DNA of 64,000 nt from an uncultured Oscillospiraceae bacterium (lineage in GTDB: Bacteria > Bacillota > Clostridia > Oscillospirales > Oscillospiraceae). The stretch is from positions 465 through 64,464 of the forward strand of contig CAKTVG010000003.1 of assembly GCA_934622035.1 (NCBI GenBank), read 5' to 3'. The stretch's first letter is position 1. Every line of letters starts with the position of its first letter. The position numbers and the translations under genes are program-made. The notes below the pieces were generated by a model. It was not told where the DNA came from, searched no databases, and worked only from the letters and a program-made list of their open reading frames with translations. Below, piece after piece: positions 17,826 through 26,983 of this stretch.

Positions 17826-19328
17826 TCAGAAATTTGCGTAGATCGAAGGGGCGCTGGTCGAGCCAAGCAGGGACACGGTGCACAGCCACACAAGCAGCGC
17901 GATCAGAAGGCACACAGAGGCCACGTAGACCGCCTTACCTGCCGTCACACGGCTCTGCATCCGGCGGCTGCCCTTGCCCATGCCGCATATGCCGCTCCAG
18001 ATAAAGCCGAACCAGCGCGGCAGGACGGATGCCCCGATGATGCAGAAAGCCAGCAGCGGCAGGGCATTCACAAGCCGTAGGGAGGTATTTTTGTTCACAA
18101 AGGCCGCGCCGCCGAACATTGCGCCAAGCTGACTGCCGATTCCCGCAAGCGTGGTGTTGGAAAACAGCACCCAACCGATTAAGACGAAAAACATCGTCAT
18201 CAGGTTCCGCAGAATAAATGGCAGGCGCTCCAGCTTGGGCATGATCTGCTTTTCAATCGCCAGCAGCACAAAGAAGTACAGTCCCCAAAGCACAAAATTC
18301 CAGCTTGCTCCGTGCCAGAGGCCCGTCAGCGCCCACACGGCAAGCAGATTCAGGATCTGCCGGCCCTTCCCCCTCCGGTTGCCGCCCAGCGGAATATAGA
18401 CATAGTCGCGGAAGAAGCTGCCGAGCGTGATGTGCCAGCGCCGCCAGAACTCCGTAATGGAGGTGGAGACATAGGGCAGGTCGAAATTCTCCGGATAGCG
18501 GAAGCCGAAAATGCGTCCGAGGCCGATGGCCATATCCGAATAACCGGAAAAATCAAAATAGATCTGGAACATGAACATCAGCGCTGAAAGCCACGCGCCG
18601 ACCACGGTCAGCCCCGTCGGGTCTGAAGCCAGATCCGAAATCACCTTTCCCGCATAGTCTGCCAGCAGCACCTTTTTCGCAAGACCGGTGGCAAAGCGCA
18701 GTGCACCGTCAAAAATCATGCGCGGATTCGTCCGGCGCTGCGTGAGCTGCGGCTCAATCTGCTCATAGCGCACGATCGGGCCCTGCGCAAGCTTGGGGAA
18801 CATACTGATGTACAGCAGATAGTTTGAGAAGCAGTCCGCGCCAGCGTTCTTCCCGCGGTAGATATCCGCCAGATAGGCAACCGCCTGGAAGGTGTAGAAG
18901 GAAATGCCGAGCGGCAGCGCCGTCTTCGGTGCCTGAAGAGAGGTTCCCAGAAGGGAGTTCAGCCCCTCCGTCAGAGAACGCAGCGCCGACAGCAGCAACC
19001 CGCCCTCCACCTGAACGCCAAACATTCCGAGGAAAAAGTCCAGATATTTGAACAGTCCCAGCGCCAGCAGATTCACCGCAACCGCGCCGATCAGCAGTCC
19101 CCTGCCGCCCTGCCGAAGCTGTCCGCCGAACACGTAGTTGACATAAGAAAGCCCCAGCAGCAGGAGCAGGTAAAACGGCTGCCCCACCGCATAGAAAAAC
19201 AGGCTGGCGGCGATCAATACCACATTTTTTCTTCGAATTCCCGGAATCAGGAAATAAATGGCCGCCGTCAGCGGCAAAAAGACATATATAAAAAACAGGC
19301 TGGAAAACTCCACGGATGCAAACCTCAC
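17826..19328 (-). CDS. MBOAT family membrane-bound O-acyltransferase (AlgI/DltB-like)
   Basis: It is multi-TM and carries the conserved MBOAT histidine region (WRRWHITLGSFFRDYVYIPLGGNRRG...LWHGASWNF). Confidence 0.9.
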   Translation of the reverse strand: MRFASVEFSSLFFIYVFLPLTAAIYFLIPGIRRKNVVLIAASLFFYAVGQPFYLLLLLGLSYVNYVFGGQLRQGGRGLLIGAVAVNLLALGLFKYLDFFLGMFGVQVEGGLLLSALRSLTEGLNSLLGTSLQAPKTALPLGISFYTFQAVAYLADIYRGKNAGADCFSNYLLYISMFPKLAQGPIVRYEQIEPQLTQRRTNPRMIFDGALRFATGLAKKVLLADYAGKVISDLASDPTGLTVVGAWLSALMFMFQIYFDFSGYSDMAIGLGRIFGFRYPENFDLPYVSTSITEFWRRWHITLGSFFRDYVYIPLGGNRRGKGRQILNLLAVWALTGLWHGASWNFVLWGLYFFVLLAIEKQIMPKLERLPFILRNLMTMFFVLIGWVLFSNTTLAGIGSQLGAMFGGAAFVNKNTSLRLVNALPLLAFCIIGASVLPRWFGFIWSGICGMGKGSRRMQSRVTAGKAVYVASVCLLIALLVWLCTVSLLGSTSAPSIYANF

Positions 19329-19397
19329 TCAAAGTACTCTTTAAACAAGATAGCAAATTCTCCGCGGAAAAGCAACAACAAATTTACATAAAATTTG

Positions 19398-20783
19398 TTA
19401 TTTTTCCATCACCTTTGTAAGACTTCCGTTACCGGTTGTCACCTGCCTTCGCAGGAGCAGCAGCGCCGTCAGGTTCGGAAGCGCCATCAGCGCGTTGAGA
19501 ATATCGGCCATTTCCCACGCCGCGCGTACCGACAGATACGGCCCGATTGCCACCGCCAAAAGATACGCAAAGCGGTAAAGCCGCACGGCACTTTCGCGTC
19601 CGCCGGTCAGATAATTCAGGCACTGCTCTGCATAAAAGCTCCAGCCGACAATGGTCGAAAATGCAAAAAAGCACAGGCAGAGCATCAGGCAGAAGGAGGA
19701 AAAGGCTTCGCTCCACGGCAGCGCCGTCCGCCATGCCCAGTCCGTAATCTGCACGCCCTCCAGCCCCGGCCGTGCCCAGGCGCCCGTGACCGTCAGGCAC
19801 AGGCCCGTTATCGTGCAGATCACAAGGGTGTCGATAAACGTCCCCGTCATCGCCACAAGCCCCTGCCGCACGGGGTCGCCGGAGCGTGCCGCCGCCGCGG
19901 CAATGGGCGTTGTGCCCAGCCCCGCCTCGTTGGTAAAGACGCCCCGGCCGATGCCCATGCGCAGCGCACCTTTCAGCGTAATCCCCGCCGCCGCGCCCAG
20001 CGCCGCCTTTGGCGAGAAGGCGCTGCGCACGATCAGGCCGCCCGCCGCCGGAATTCTTCCGGCAAAGCGCACCAGAATCAGCACCGAAAGCAGGACATAG
20101 GTCGCGGACATCAGCGGTACCAGCATCTCGCAGAAGCCCGCAATGCGCTTCACGCCGCCGAGCAGCACCAGCCCCGCCGCCAACGTCACCAATGCGCCGC
20201 TGATGACCGCCGCCCAGGAATAGGCACGGCCCAAAAGCGTGAATGCCGTGTGCGCGTGCTGCGCGTCAAAGAAGTTTTCCACCGCGGAGGTGATGCTGTT
20301 GACCTGCGTCACCGTGCCGACGCCGAGGATGCCCACCGCTACGCCGGTCGCTGCAAACAGTACCGCCAGCCATTTCCATTTTTTCCCCAGTCCGCGCTCG
20401 ATGTACAAAAACGGCCCGCCCAGCCAGCGTCCCCCCTGCCGGATCCGGTAGCGCACGGAGAGATACCCTTCGGCATACTGGGTTGCCATGCCCAGAAGCG
20501 CAGCCGCCAGCATCCAGAAAAGCGCACCCGGCCCGCCAAGATGCATTGCCGTTGCCACGCCGACGATGTTCCCCGTCCCTATGGTCGCAGCCAGAGAGGT
20601 ACACAGCGCAGCGAAGGAGGAAATGCCGCTCTCTGCGCCGCTTTCTGCAAAGATGCTTCTCAGCGCCCGGCCAAGCCTGCGCACCTGCACACCCCGCAGA
20701 CGCAGTGTAAACAGCAGACCCGTCCCTACAAACAGCGCCATCGTCTGCCAGCCCCAGACAGCCGCACCGATCCGCTCCAGCAT
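19398..20783 (-). CDS. Alanine/glycine:cation symporter (AGCS family)
   Basis: AGCS family signature (GTGNIVGVATAMHLGGPGALFWM). The start is MLERIGA, which has a GGGGGAA RBS. Confidence 0.9.
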   Translation of the reverse strand: MLERIGAAVWGWQTMALFVGTGLLFTLRLRGVQVRRLGRALRSIFAESGAESGISSFAALCTSLAATIGTGNIVGVATAMHLGGPGALFWMLAAALLGMATQYAEGYLSVRYRIRQGGRWLGGPFLYIERGLGKKWKWLAVLFAATGVAVGILGVGTVTQVNSITSAVENFFDAQHAHTAFTLLGRAYSWAAVISGALVTLAAGLVLLGGVKRIAGFCEMLVPLMSATYVLLSVLILVRFAGRIPAAGGLIVRSAFSPKAALGAAAGITLKGALRMGIGRGVFTNEAGLGTTPIAAAAARSGDPVRQGLVAMTGTFIDTLVICTITGLCLTVTGAWARPGLEGVQITDWAWRTALPWSEAFSSFCLMLCLCFFAFSTIVGWSFYAEQCLNYLTGGRESAVRLYRFAYLLAVAIGPYLSVRAAWEMADILNALMALPNLTALLLLRRQVTTGNGSLTKVMEK

Positions 20784-20960
20784 GTCACATTCCCCCGTTT
20801 TCAAAAGCTCTTCCGCAAGAGCCTATGCCCCGCCGCAGGCATTCATGTCCAAAAGAAAACGGCGTGCGGAGTTGTTTTTCCCGCAAACGCATGCTATAAT
20901 GAAGAAAAATACGGATTTTCGCCGTTTTCCGGCGAGCTCCGGGAATGTGAGGAAACTCCT

Positions 20961-21479
20961 ATGTCTGCATCTACCGATACCTTCCGCACGGCGCTGCACG
21001 GCTTCAACCGCACGGATGTGGTACAGTATATTCAAAAAATAAACGGCGCGCACGAAAAAGAGCTGCGCGCGCTGCGTGAGGAAAACGAGCAGCTCACCCG
21101 CGAAGCAGAGTCGCTCAAAAAAGAGCTCGCCGTGCTTCAGGAAAAGGCCGCTGCACTCGAAGCCGAGAGGGCGGCAGCCCCGTCCCAGCCCGCCGCTGCC
21201 CCACAGCCGCAGGAGGACAGTGAGCTTGCCGCCTACCGCCGCGCAGAGCAAGTGGAGCGCAAGGCCCGCGAACGCGCCGAGGCGACCACGCGTCTTTTGA
21301 AGGATGTGTTTGCCAAGGCCAACGACCGCCTGTGCGCCGGGCGCGCCGAATTCGACGAAATGACGGAAGCCTTTGACTCCAACTTTTCGCGCCTGCATCA
21401 GCTCTTCACCGAGGCAAAGAGCGTGTTCGACGCCTCCGCCGAGGAGCTGAAGGAAGCCGAGAGCTCGCTGGACGAGTAA
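20961..21479 (+). CDS. DivIVA-domain protein
   Basis: An N-terminal DivIVA fold (FRTALHGFNRTDVVQYIQKI) is followed by coiled-coil sequence. A TTGTTT-17-TATAAT promoter lies upstream. The 19395..21479 ORF in the track is an artifactual fusion with the antisense of the symporter gene. Confidence 0.8.
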   Translation: MSASTDTFRTALHGFNRTDVVQYIQKINGAHEKELRALREENEQLTREAESLKKELAVLQEKAAALEAERAAAPSQPAAAPQPQEDSELAAYRRAEQVERKARERAEATTRLLKDVFAKANDRLCAGRAEFDEMTEAFDSNFSRLHQLFTEAKSVFDASAEELKEAESSLDE

Positions 21480-21812
21480 TCACTCTCCCATCCCGCACCA
21501 GAGCCGGCAGGCCAACGACAGCACAAAGTCGCGCGGCGACGGCTTCTCCCGCGGCAGATAGCCAAGCGTCCTGCTCAGCTCCTCGCGGTCGCCATACAGC
21601 CAGATATCATCGATCGCGCGGGAAAGCGCCTTCCACACTGCGGCGGTATTCTTGCCGCACAGGCGTGCCGTCTCCGAGCAGATGACTTTCATTTGCGGCT
21701 CCGAGGGCATGCAGCGCTCTGCTACGGTCACAGCCAGCGTCAGGACGTAATAGCAGCTCTTTCCGCGGTGTCCGCTGATCCGTTGGATTGCCATGCTGGT
21801 ATTCTTTTTCAT
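21480..21812 (-). CDS. Standalone Spo0A C-terminal (DNA-binding effector) domain protein with no receiver domain
   Basis: The 110-aa protein aligns block by block with the B. subtilis Spo0A effector domain. GHRGKSCYYVLTLAVTVAE matches HIKGYLYLREAISMVYND. AAVWKALSRAIDDIW matches ASRVERAIRHAIEVAW. LGYLPREKPSPRDFVLSLACRL matches [25 protein letters not shown]. Confidence 0.6.
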   Translation of the reverse strand: MKKNTSMAIQRISGHRGKSCYYVLTLAVTVAERCMPSEPQMKVICSETARLCGKNTAAVWKALSRAIDDIWLYGDREELSRTLGYLPREKPSPRDFVLSLACRLWCGMGE

Positions 21813-21934
21813 TTTCTCAACACCTCACATAAGCTGGTGTCACTATACTAACACGCAATTCTCCGTTTTTAATAATTCCGACTTGACTGGACGGGAAACA
21901 ACATGCTTCGACACTTATTCGGGAGGAAGCTGCA

Positions 21935-23290
21935 ATGTCAACCCTGATGTTCCGCAATTTGCAGAGCCTTATCACCTGCAACGACCGTGATGAAACACTT
22001 CGCGGCGTCGATCTTTTCTGCGAAAACGGCAGGATTGCCGCCATCGGCCCCGCGCTGCCGCAGCGTGCCAGCCGAGAAATCGACGCCTCGCATCTGCTGT
22101 GCTATCCCGGCCTCATCAATACGCACCACCACCTGTATCAGCAGTTTTCGCGCAATCTGCCGCAGGTGCAGAATATGGAGCTGTTCGACTGGCTGAAAAC
22201 GCTCTATGAAATCTGGAAAAATCTCGACGAGACCGTCGTGCGCTATTCCTCGCTGACGGGCATGGGCGAGCTGATGAAAAACGGCTGCACCACCTGCTTT
22301 GACCATCACTATGTCTTCCCCGCCGGAAGCGGCGACCTGATTGGTACACAGCTGGAGGCCGCCGGAGAGCTTGGCATGCGCATGGTTGCCTCGCGCGGCA
22401 GCATGGATCTGTCGGTCAAGGACGGCGGACTGCCGCCGGACAGCGTCGTGCAGAGCGTGGACGAGATTATGAAGGACAGCGCCCGCCTGATCGAGGCCTA
22501 TCACGATCCCTCCTTCGGCTCCATGCGCCAGATTGCGCTTGCGCCCTGCTCCCCCTTCTCCGTCTCCGCGGAGCTGCTGCGGCAGTCGGCGCTGCTCGCG
22601 CGGCAGTATCACGTCCGCCTGCATACGCATCTGTGCGAAACAAAGGACGAGGAGAACTACACCCTCGCCCGCTGCAATATGCGCCCGCTGGAATATATGG
22701 AAAGCCTCGGCTGGATCGGCCCGGACGTCTGGTTCGCGCACGGCATTCATTTCAACGACGCCGAGCTGCGCCGCCTTGCCGATACCGGCACCGGCATCGC
22801 CCACTGCCCCGTTTCCAACATGAAGCTCTCCTCCGGCATCGCACGGATTCCGGAAATGCTGGCACTGGGCGTTCCCGTCGGCCTCGCCGTCGACGGATCG
22901 GCCTCACAGGACGGCTCCGATCTTCTGGAGGAAATTCGCATCTGCTACCTGCTGCATCGCCTGAACTCCTCCAAAAAGGCACCCAGCGGCTATGATATCC
23001 TGAAAATGGCGACGCGCGGCTCCGCCGCCCTGCTCGGCCGGACGGACATCGGCTCCGTCGAAGTCGGCAAGTGCGCCGACCTCTTCCTGGTGGATGACCG
23101 GCGCTTGGAGCTGGTCGGCGCGGCCTACGACCCCGCCAACGTTTTCGGCACGGTCGGTCTGCGCGCCCCGGTGGACTACACCGTGGTCAACGGCAGAATC
23201 ACCGTGGAAAACGGGCACCTCGTCACGATTGACGAACCCGTTGTCGCAGAGCAGGCAAGGGCCGTCTGCAACGACTATCTGAATAAATAA
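21935..23290 (+). CDS. Amidohydrolase of the ATZ/TRZ-SsnA-guanine deaminase superfamily (8-oxoguanine/aminopurine deaminase-like)
   Basis: 451 aa with the metal-binding PGLINTHHHLYQ motif and downstream HxH/D ligands (LHTHLCE, AVDGSAS). The RBS is GGGAGGAAG. Confidence 0.85.
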   Translation: MSTLMFRNLQSLITCNDRDETLRGVDLFCENGRIAAIGPALPQRASREIDASHLLCYPGLINTHHHLYQQFSRNLPQVQNMELFDWLKTLYEIWKNLDETVVRYSSLTGMGELMKNGCTTCFDHHYVFPAGSGDLIGTQLEAAGELGMRMVASRGSMDLSVKDGGLPPDSVVQSVDEIMKDSARLIEAYHDPSFGSMRQIALAPCSPFSVSAELLRQSALLARQYHVRLHTHLCETKDEENYTLARCNMRPLEYMESLGWIGPDVWFAHGIHFNDAELRRLADTGTGIAHCPVSNMKLSSGIARIPEMLALGVPVGLAVDGSASQDGSDLLEEIRICYLLHRLNSSKKAPSGYDILKMATRGSAALLGRTDIGSVEVGKCADLFLVDDRRLELVGAAYDPANVFGTVGLRAPVDYTVVNGRITVENGHLVTIDEPVVAEQARAVCNDYLNK

Positions 23291-23339
23291 CCGACAGCCG
23301 GTGAGGAATTTCATTCTCACCGGCTGTAATTTCTTTCAT

Positions 23340-24482
23340 TCACAGTTTTCCCGCGATGCGGGCAATCCACGTGCGGTGCACCTGCATGGCCCCCTTCGGG
23401 CAGAATTCCTGGCAGCAGAAGCAGCGGATGCAGGCTTTTCGGTCGATTTTCGCCTTGCCCTGTGCGATCACAATGGCATGCGCCGGGCAGATATCGCGGC
23501 AGACGCCGCAGCCAACGCATGCTTCCCGCTTCAGGCCGGGACGCGCCCGCAGAATGCCGCCCGCCAGCGTGCCGAAGAGCTTGCCCTTCTGCGCGCCGAA
23601 GTCCGTTCCCGTGCCCCGCTGCACCGTCACGAAGTCCCGGCAGGCAAAGGCCGCCGCATCGCCGGAGATTTCCAGTGCGTCAGCGCTTTCCGGCGTCAGG
23701 CCGCGCTCCTGCGCCGCGCGCAGCGTGGGAACGTTTTTTGCCTCCAATCCGATCAGGCTTGCACACAGCAGGTCGATTTTATGCGGATTTGTTCCCGCAA
23801 GCAGCGCGCCCATATATTTGGGCGTACCGGCCGACGGGCCGTTGCCCTCCATTGCCTCCACCGCGTCCACAAGGTAGAGCCGCGGCGCAAAGAATTCATT
23901 CAGATCGATCAGCATATTGGCAAAATCCATCGGATCCGGGTAGCGATAGTGATACTCCGGCTTGATGGTCCCCGGAATGGCCCCGAAGAGATTCTTCGTC
24001 GCCGCCGAAAGCGACAGCATACCGTGGCTTTTCAGCTTACAGAAGCTGATAATGGCATCCGCTTTTTCCAGATAGCCGGTGTAGATGATCTGCTTTGCAG
24101 CCTTTGCCTCCGGCAGACACGCCTCGATCTGCGAAAAATCGCGGTTCAGCTCAGCGCCCGCCGCCTCGGCCTCCGCAAGGCCGCAGGTGCGGTAAACCGC
24201 ATTCAGATGCGGCGCGGCATAGGTTCCGCCGGGACTGTCGCCGATGACAACCTGCGCGCCCCGCTCGCGAAGCATGCGCGTCAGCGCCGCCAGCAGCGCC
24301 GGATGCGTCGTCGCTGCCATTTCCGGCTTCATTGCCGAAACAAGATTCGCCTTAATGACCACGCGCATCCCCGGCTGCACCCACTCCAGGCCGCCGAAGG
24401 GCGCAAGCGCCTGCCGCAGCGCATGCTCGCAGGTCTGCGCGGCATAATCCGCGCAGCGCACGATAGAAACGTCCATACGCAT
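23340..24482 (-). CDS. DUF362 domain protein with a C-terminal tandem 4Fe-4S ferredoxin domain
   Basis: An N-terminal DUF362 region (VVIKANL...) is followed by CVGCGVCRDICP and CIRCFCCQEFCP ferredoxin motifs. The RBS is AAAGGGGGAT. Confidence 0.8.
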   Translation of the reverse strand: MRMDVSIVRCADYAAQTCEHALRQALAPFGGLEWVQPGMRVVIKANLVSAMKPEMAATTHPALLAALTRMLRERGAQVVIGDSPGGTYAAPHLNAVYRTCGLAEAEAAGAELNRDFSQIEACLPEAKAAKQIIYTGYLEKADAIISFCKLKSHGMLSLSAATKNLFGAIPGTIKPEYHYRYPDPMDFANMLIDLNEFFAPRLYLVDAVEAMEGNGPSAGTPKYMGALLAGTNPHKIDLLCASLIGLEAKNVPTLRAAQERGLTPESADALEISGDAAAFACRDFVTVQRGTGTDFGAQKGKLFGTLAGGILRARPGLKREACVGCGVCRDICPAHAIVIAQGKAKIDRKACIRCFCCQEFCPKGAMQVHRTWIARIAGKL

Positions 24483-24534
24483 CCCCCTTTTCTCTTTATT
24501 TTATCGGATGCGGCGCATAAAGTAAAGCCGGAAA

Positions 24535-24741
24535 TCATCGGTTTATCCGCGGCTCGTCCGTCCGTTCCAGAAGATAATCGATGGACACGTTAAAATAATC
24601 CGCCAGCAGGATCAGCGTATGATAATCTGCTTCTCGCTCGCCGGTCTCGTAGCGGCTGACGGTGTTCTGGCTTAAGCCGAGGTCCATCGCCAGCTTGAGC
24701 TGCGAAATACCGCGCTTTGCTCTTAATTCCTTTAATCTCAT
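24535..24741 (-). CDS. XRE family helix-turn-helix transcriptional regulator (68 aa)
   Basis: The HTH_3 motif is ISQLKLAMDLGLSQNTVSRYETGE. The GC content is lower than in the neighbouring genes. Confidence 0.8.
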   Translation of the reverse strand: MRLKELRAKRGISQLKLAMDLGLSQNTVSRYETGEREADYHTLILLADYFNVSIDYLLERTDEPRINR

Positions 24742-24753
24742 GGTCTTCCTCCT

Positions 24754-24782
24754 ATTGACAAAATTATCCCATATTGGTATAA
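24754..24782 (+). promoter_or_regulatory. Perfect-consensus sigma-A promoter driving the small lipoprotein gene
   Basis: TTGACA, a 17-nt spacer, then TATAAT, lying between the divergent XRE and lipoprotein genes. Confidence 0.6.
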
Positions 24783-24807
24783 TGAAAATATCCCATTTTG
24801 GTATATT
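24763..24807. repeat. Two direct copies of an approximately 18-bp element (ATCCCATATTGGTATAAT / ATCCCATTTTGGTATATT) overlapping the -10 region
   Basis: The near-identical 18-mers sit 27 bp apart in the divergent XRE/lipoprotein intergenic region, and each contains a CCA...TGG dyad. They are candidate operator sites. Confidence 0.45.
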
Positions 24808-24825
24808 TCATAAGAGGAACACATA

Positions 24826-25353
24826 ATGAAACGAAGATTCGCAGTTACCCTTGCACTTCTATGCATATTATCTCTGCTGAGCGGCTGCGCCAGCGTCGTC
24901 CTGCCGGCGCATACGACTGCTCCGAAGCGCCCGGAAAAAACGGAACCACGCACAACGGCAGCGCCGGAAACCGAACCGGAGCAGAACACAATGACGGCAG
25001 AAGAAGTTGCAATGCAATTCATGGAGGCCTGCATTGAAAACGACCCCGAACGCTTTTCAGAGTGCGTGCCTCCAAGTGCTTTGGATGAATTTCTGAGTTC
25101 CTTCCATGTTGACGGAGAAGACCACGAGCTACAGGTCACAGAGATTCATACCGATGGTTTCGCCTCAATTCCGCTGAGTGAGGAAGATAAGCAGGAATTC
25201 TATGATAAGCACGATTTTTCGCTGGAAGAAGCCCGGATTGTAACGGTTTACGCAAAATACTATGATTACAGCAAATCAGAAGAAAGCAGCGCCGTTAGGG
25301 AGGTTCGCGTAATCAGGTCGGAGAATCGCTGGTATGCCATTGGCTGGTCGTAA
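24826..25353 (+). CDS. Small lipoprotein of unknown function
   Basis: It has a signal peptide with an LSGC lipobox and is 175 aa, with a GC content near 48% against about 62% in the flanks. A terminator hairpin follows at about 25448-25473. Confidence 0.7.
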   Translation: MKRRFAVTLALLCILSLLSGCASVVLPAHTTAPKRPEKTEPRTTAAPETEPEQNTMTAEEVAMQFMEACIENDPERFSECVPPSALDEFLSSFHVDGEDHELQVTEIHTDGFASIPLSEEDKQEFYDKHDFSLEEARIVTVYAKYYDYSKSEESSAVREVRVIRSENRWYAIGWS

Positions 25354-25447
25354 GCGCCGCAATTCGTCATCCCCGAACGGCATTCCTCCCTTTCGACATT
25401 CTGCTCAAAAACCAACGGACAAGTTTGTTAGTTTTCGCAAACAAAAA

Positions 25448-25483
25448 AGTCTTGCATGCGCAAGACTTTTTTTGTATAATAGA
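25448..25483 (+). promoter_or_regulatory. Terminator hairpin for the lipoprotein gene overlapping a TTGCAT-17-TATAAT promoter for ssnA
   Basis: AGTCTTGC-atgc-GCAAGACT followed by TTTTTTT. TTGCAT lies inside the stem and TATAAT lies 17 nt downstream. Confidence 0.55.
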
Positions 25484-25623
25484 GGCACAATCAAAGATTG
25501 ATAGCTGTAACGAAGTGCTGCGCGCACGGGCTTCCAACTATCACTCAGGGTATCTTGAGTGGAGATGTTGAACTTTTGGGTTCTGCATCCCCATTTTGTT
25601 TTTATTCTAAGGAGGTCAACGTC

Positions 25624-26982
25624 ATGTACATTCTCGCAAACGGCAAACTCATCACCCGTGACCCCGCATGCGGCTATCTGCCCGACGGCGGCGTCGTCAT
25701 CGAAGGCACGAAGATCAAAGAAATCGGCAAAACCGCCGATCTGAAGGCAAAGTATCCCGATGCCGAGTTCATCGACGCAAAGGGCGGCGTGATCATGCCC
25801 GCGTTTATCAATGCGCATACGCATATCTATTCCGCTCTGGCGCGCGGCCTTTCCATCAAGGGCAACAATCCCACGAACTTCTATGAGGTGCTGGACGGAA
25901 CGTGGTGGGCCATCGACCGCAAGCTCATGATGGGCGGCACCCGCGCCTCGGCTGACGCGCTGTACATCGACTGCATCAAGCAGGGCGTGACCACCATTTT
26001 TGACCACCATGCCTCCTATGGCGAAATTCCCGGCAGCCTGCACACCATTGCCGAGTCTGCCAAAAAGTTCGGCATCCGCTCCTGCCTGTGCTACGAGGTC
26101 TCCGACCGTGACGGCGAGGAAAAGTGCCTCCAGGCCATCCAGGAAAACGCCGACTTCATCACCGAGTGTGAGCAGCGCAAGGATCCCATGCTCGCGGCGA
26201 TGTTCGGCGGCCATGCCCTTTTCACCATCTCCGACAAGACCTTTGACCGCATGGTCGAGGCCAACAACAGCCGCACCGGCTATCACATCCACGTCTCCGA
26301 AGGCATGAATGACGTGTATGACTCTCTGCAAAACTACGGCCGCCGCCCGGTGCAGCGCTTGCAGGATCACGGTATTCTGGGTGAAAAGACCATTCTCGGC
26401 CACTGCATCCATGTCAACTCCGCCGAAATCGAGATCATCAAGAGCACCGGCACCATGGTCGTCAATAACCCCGAATCCAACATGGGCAACGCCGTCGGCA
26501 CCTGCCCGGTGCTGCCGCTGTACAAGGCGGGCGTGCTCCTCGGCATGGGCACCGACGCCTACACCAACGACATGCTCGAATCCATCAAGGTCGCCCTGTG
26601 CGCCCAGCGACAGAACGCCTGCCTGCCGAATGTCGGCTGGTGTGAGGTCACAGACATGCTCTTTAAAAACAATGCGAAGATCGGCGCGAAGTACTTCCCG
26701 GACGAGCTTGGCGTTCTGAAGGCCGGCGCTGCCGCGGACGTCATCGTCATGGACTACAAGCCCTTCACCCCCTTCTCCGACGCCAATATCGACGGCCACA
26801 TCATCTTCGGCATGACCGGCCGCCAGTGCCAGACCACGATTGCCAACGGCAAGCTCCTGATGAAGGATCGTGAGCTCATCGGCATCGACGAGGAAGCCGA
26901 GAATGCACACATTCTCGAGGAATCCAAAAAGCTCTGGGGCGACCTGAACCACTGCTGCTACAACGCTGACGGGGAGTGCTGA
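25624..26982 (+). CDS. ssnA: Putative aminohydrolase SsnA (selenium-dependent molybdenum hydroxylase accessory, ATZ/TRZ family)
   Basis: 452 aa with the PAFINAHTHIYS metal-binding motif. It lies immediately upstream of a YgfK homolog, as in the E. coli ygfK-ssnA neighbourhood. The RBS is AAGGAGGT. Confidence 0.8.
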   Translation: MYILANGKLITRDPACGYLPDGGVVIEGTKIKEIGKTADLKAKYPDAEFIDAKGGVIMPAFINAHTHIYSALARGLSIKGNNPTNFYEVLDGTWWAIDRKLMMGGTRASADALYIDCIKQGVTTIFDHHASYGEIPGSLHTIAESAKKFGIRSCLCYEVSDRDGEEKCLQAIQENADFITECEQRKDPMLAAMFGGHALFTISDKTFDRMVEANNSRTGYHIHVSEGMNDVYDSLQNYGRRPVQRLQDHGILGEKTILGHCIHVNSAEIEIIKSTGTMVVNNPESNMGNAVGTCPVLPLYKAGVLLGMGTDAYTNDMLESIKVALCAQRQNACLPNVGWCEVTDMLFKNNAKIGAKYFPDELGVLKAGAAADVIVMDYKPFTPFSDANIDGHIIFGMTGRQCQTTIANGKLLMKDRELIGIDEEAENAHILEESKKLWGDLNHCCYNADGEC

Positions 26983-26983
26983 A

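Noticed and set aside
20784-20960. Possible glycine riboswitch in the leader of the AGCS alanine/glycine symporter.
   Set aside because: No ACCGAAGG / GGAGAG aptamer cores are present. Only a small GCTCTT..AAGAGC hairpin with a short U run is visible.
19395-21479. A 694-aa plus-strand ORF.
   Set aside because: It is an artifact. Its 5' two-thirds are antisense to the alanine symporter. Only the last 173 codons, starting at 20961 with an RBS and a promoter, are the real DivIVA-domain gene.
25484-25623. Possible purine riboswitch upstream of ssnA.
   Set aside because: The conserved purine-aptamer segments (a UUUCUACC-like J2/3 and a CCGUAAAU-like J3/1) are missing. It is kept only as an unclassified attenuator-like leader in the ssnA/ygfK finding.
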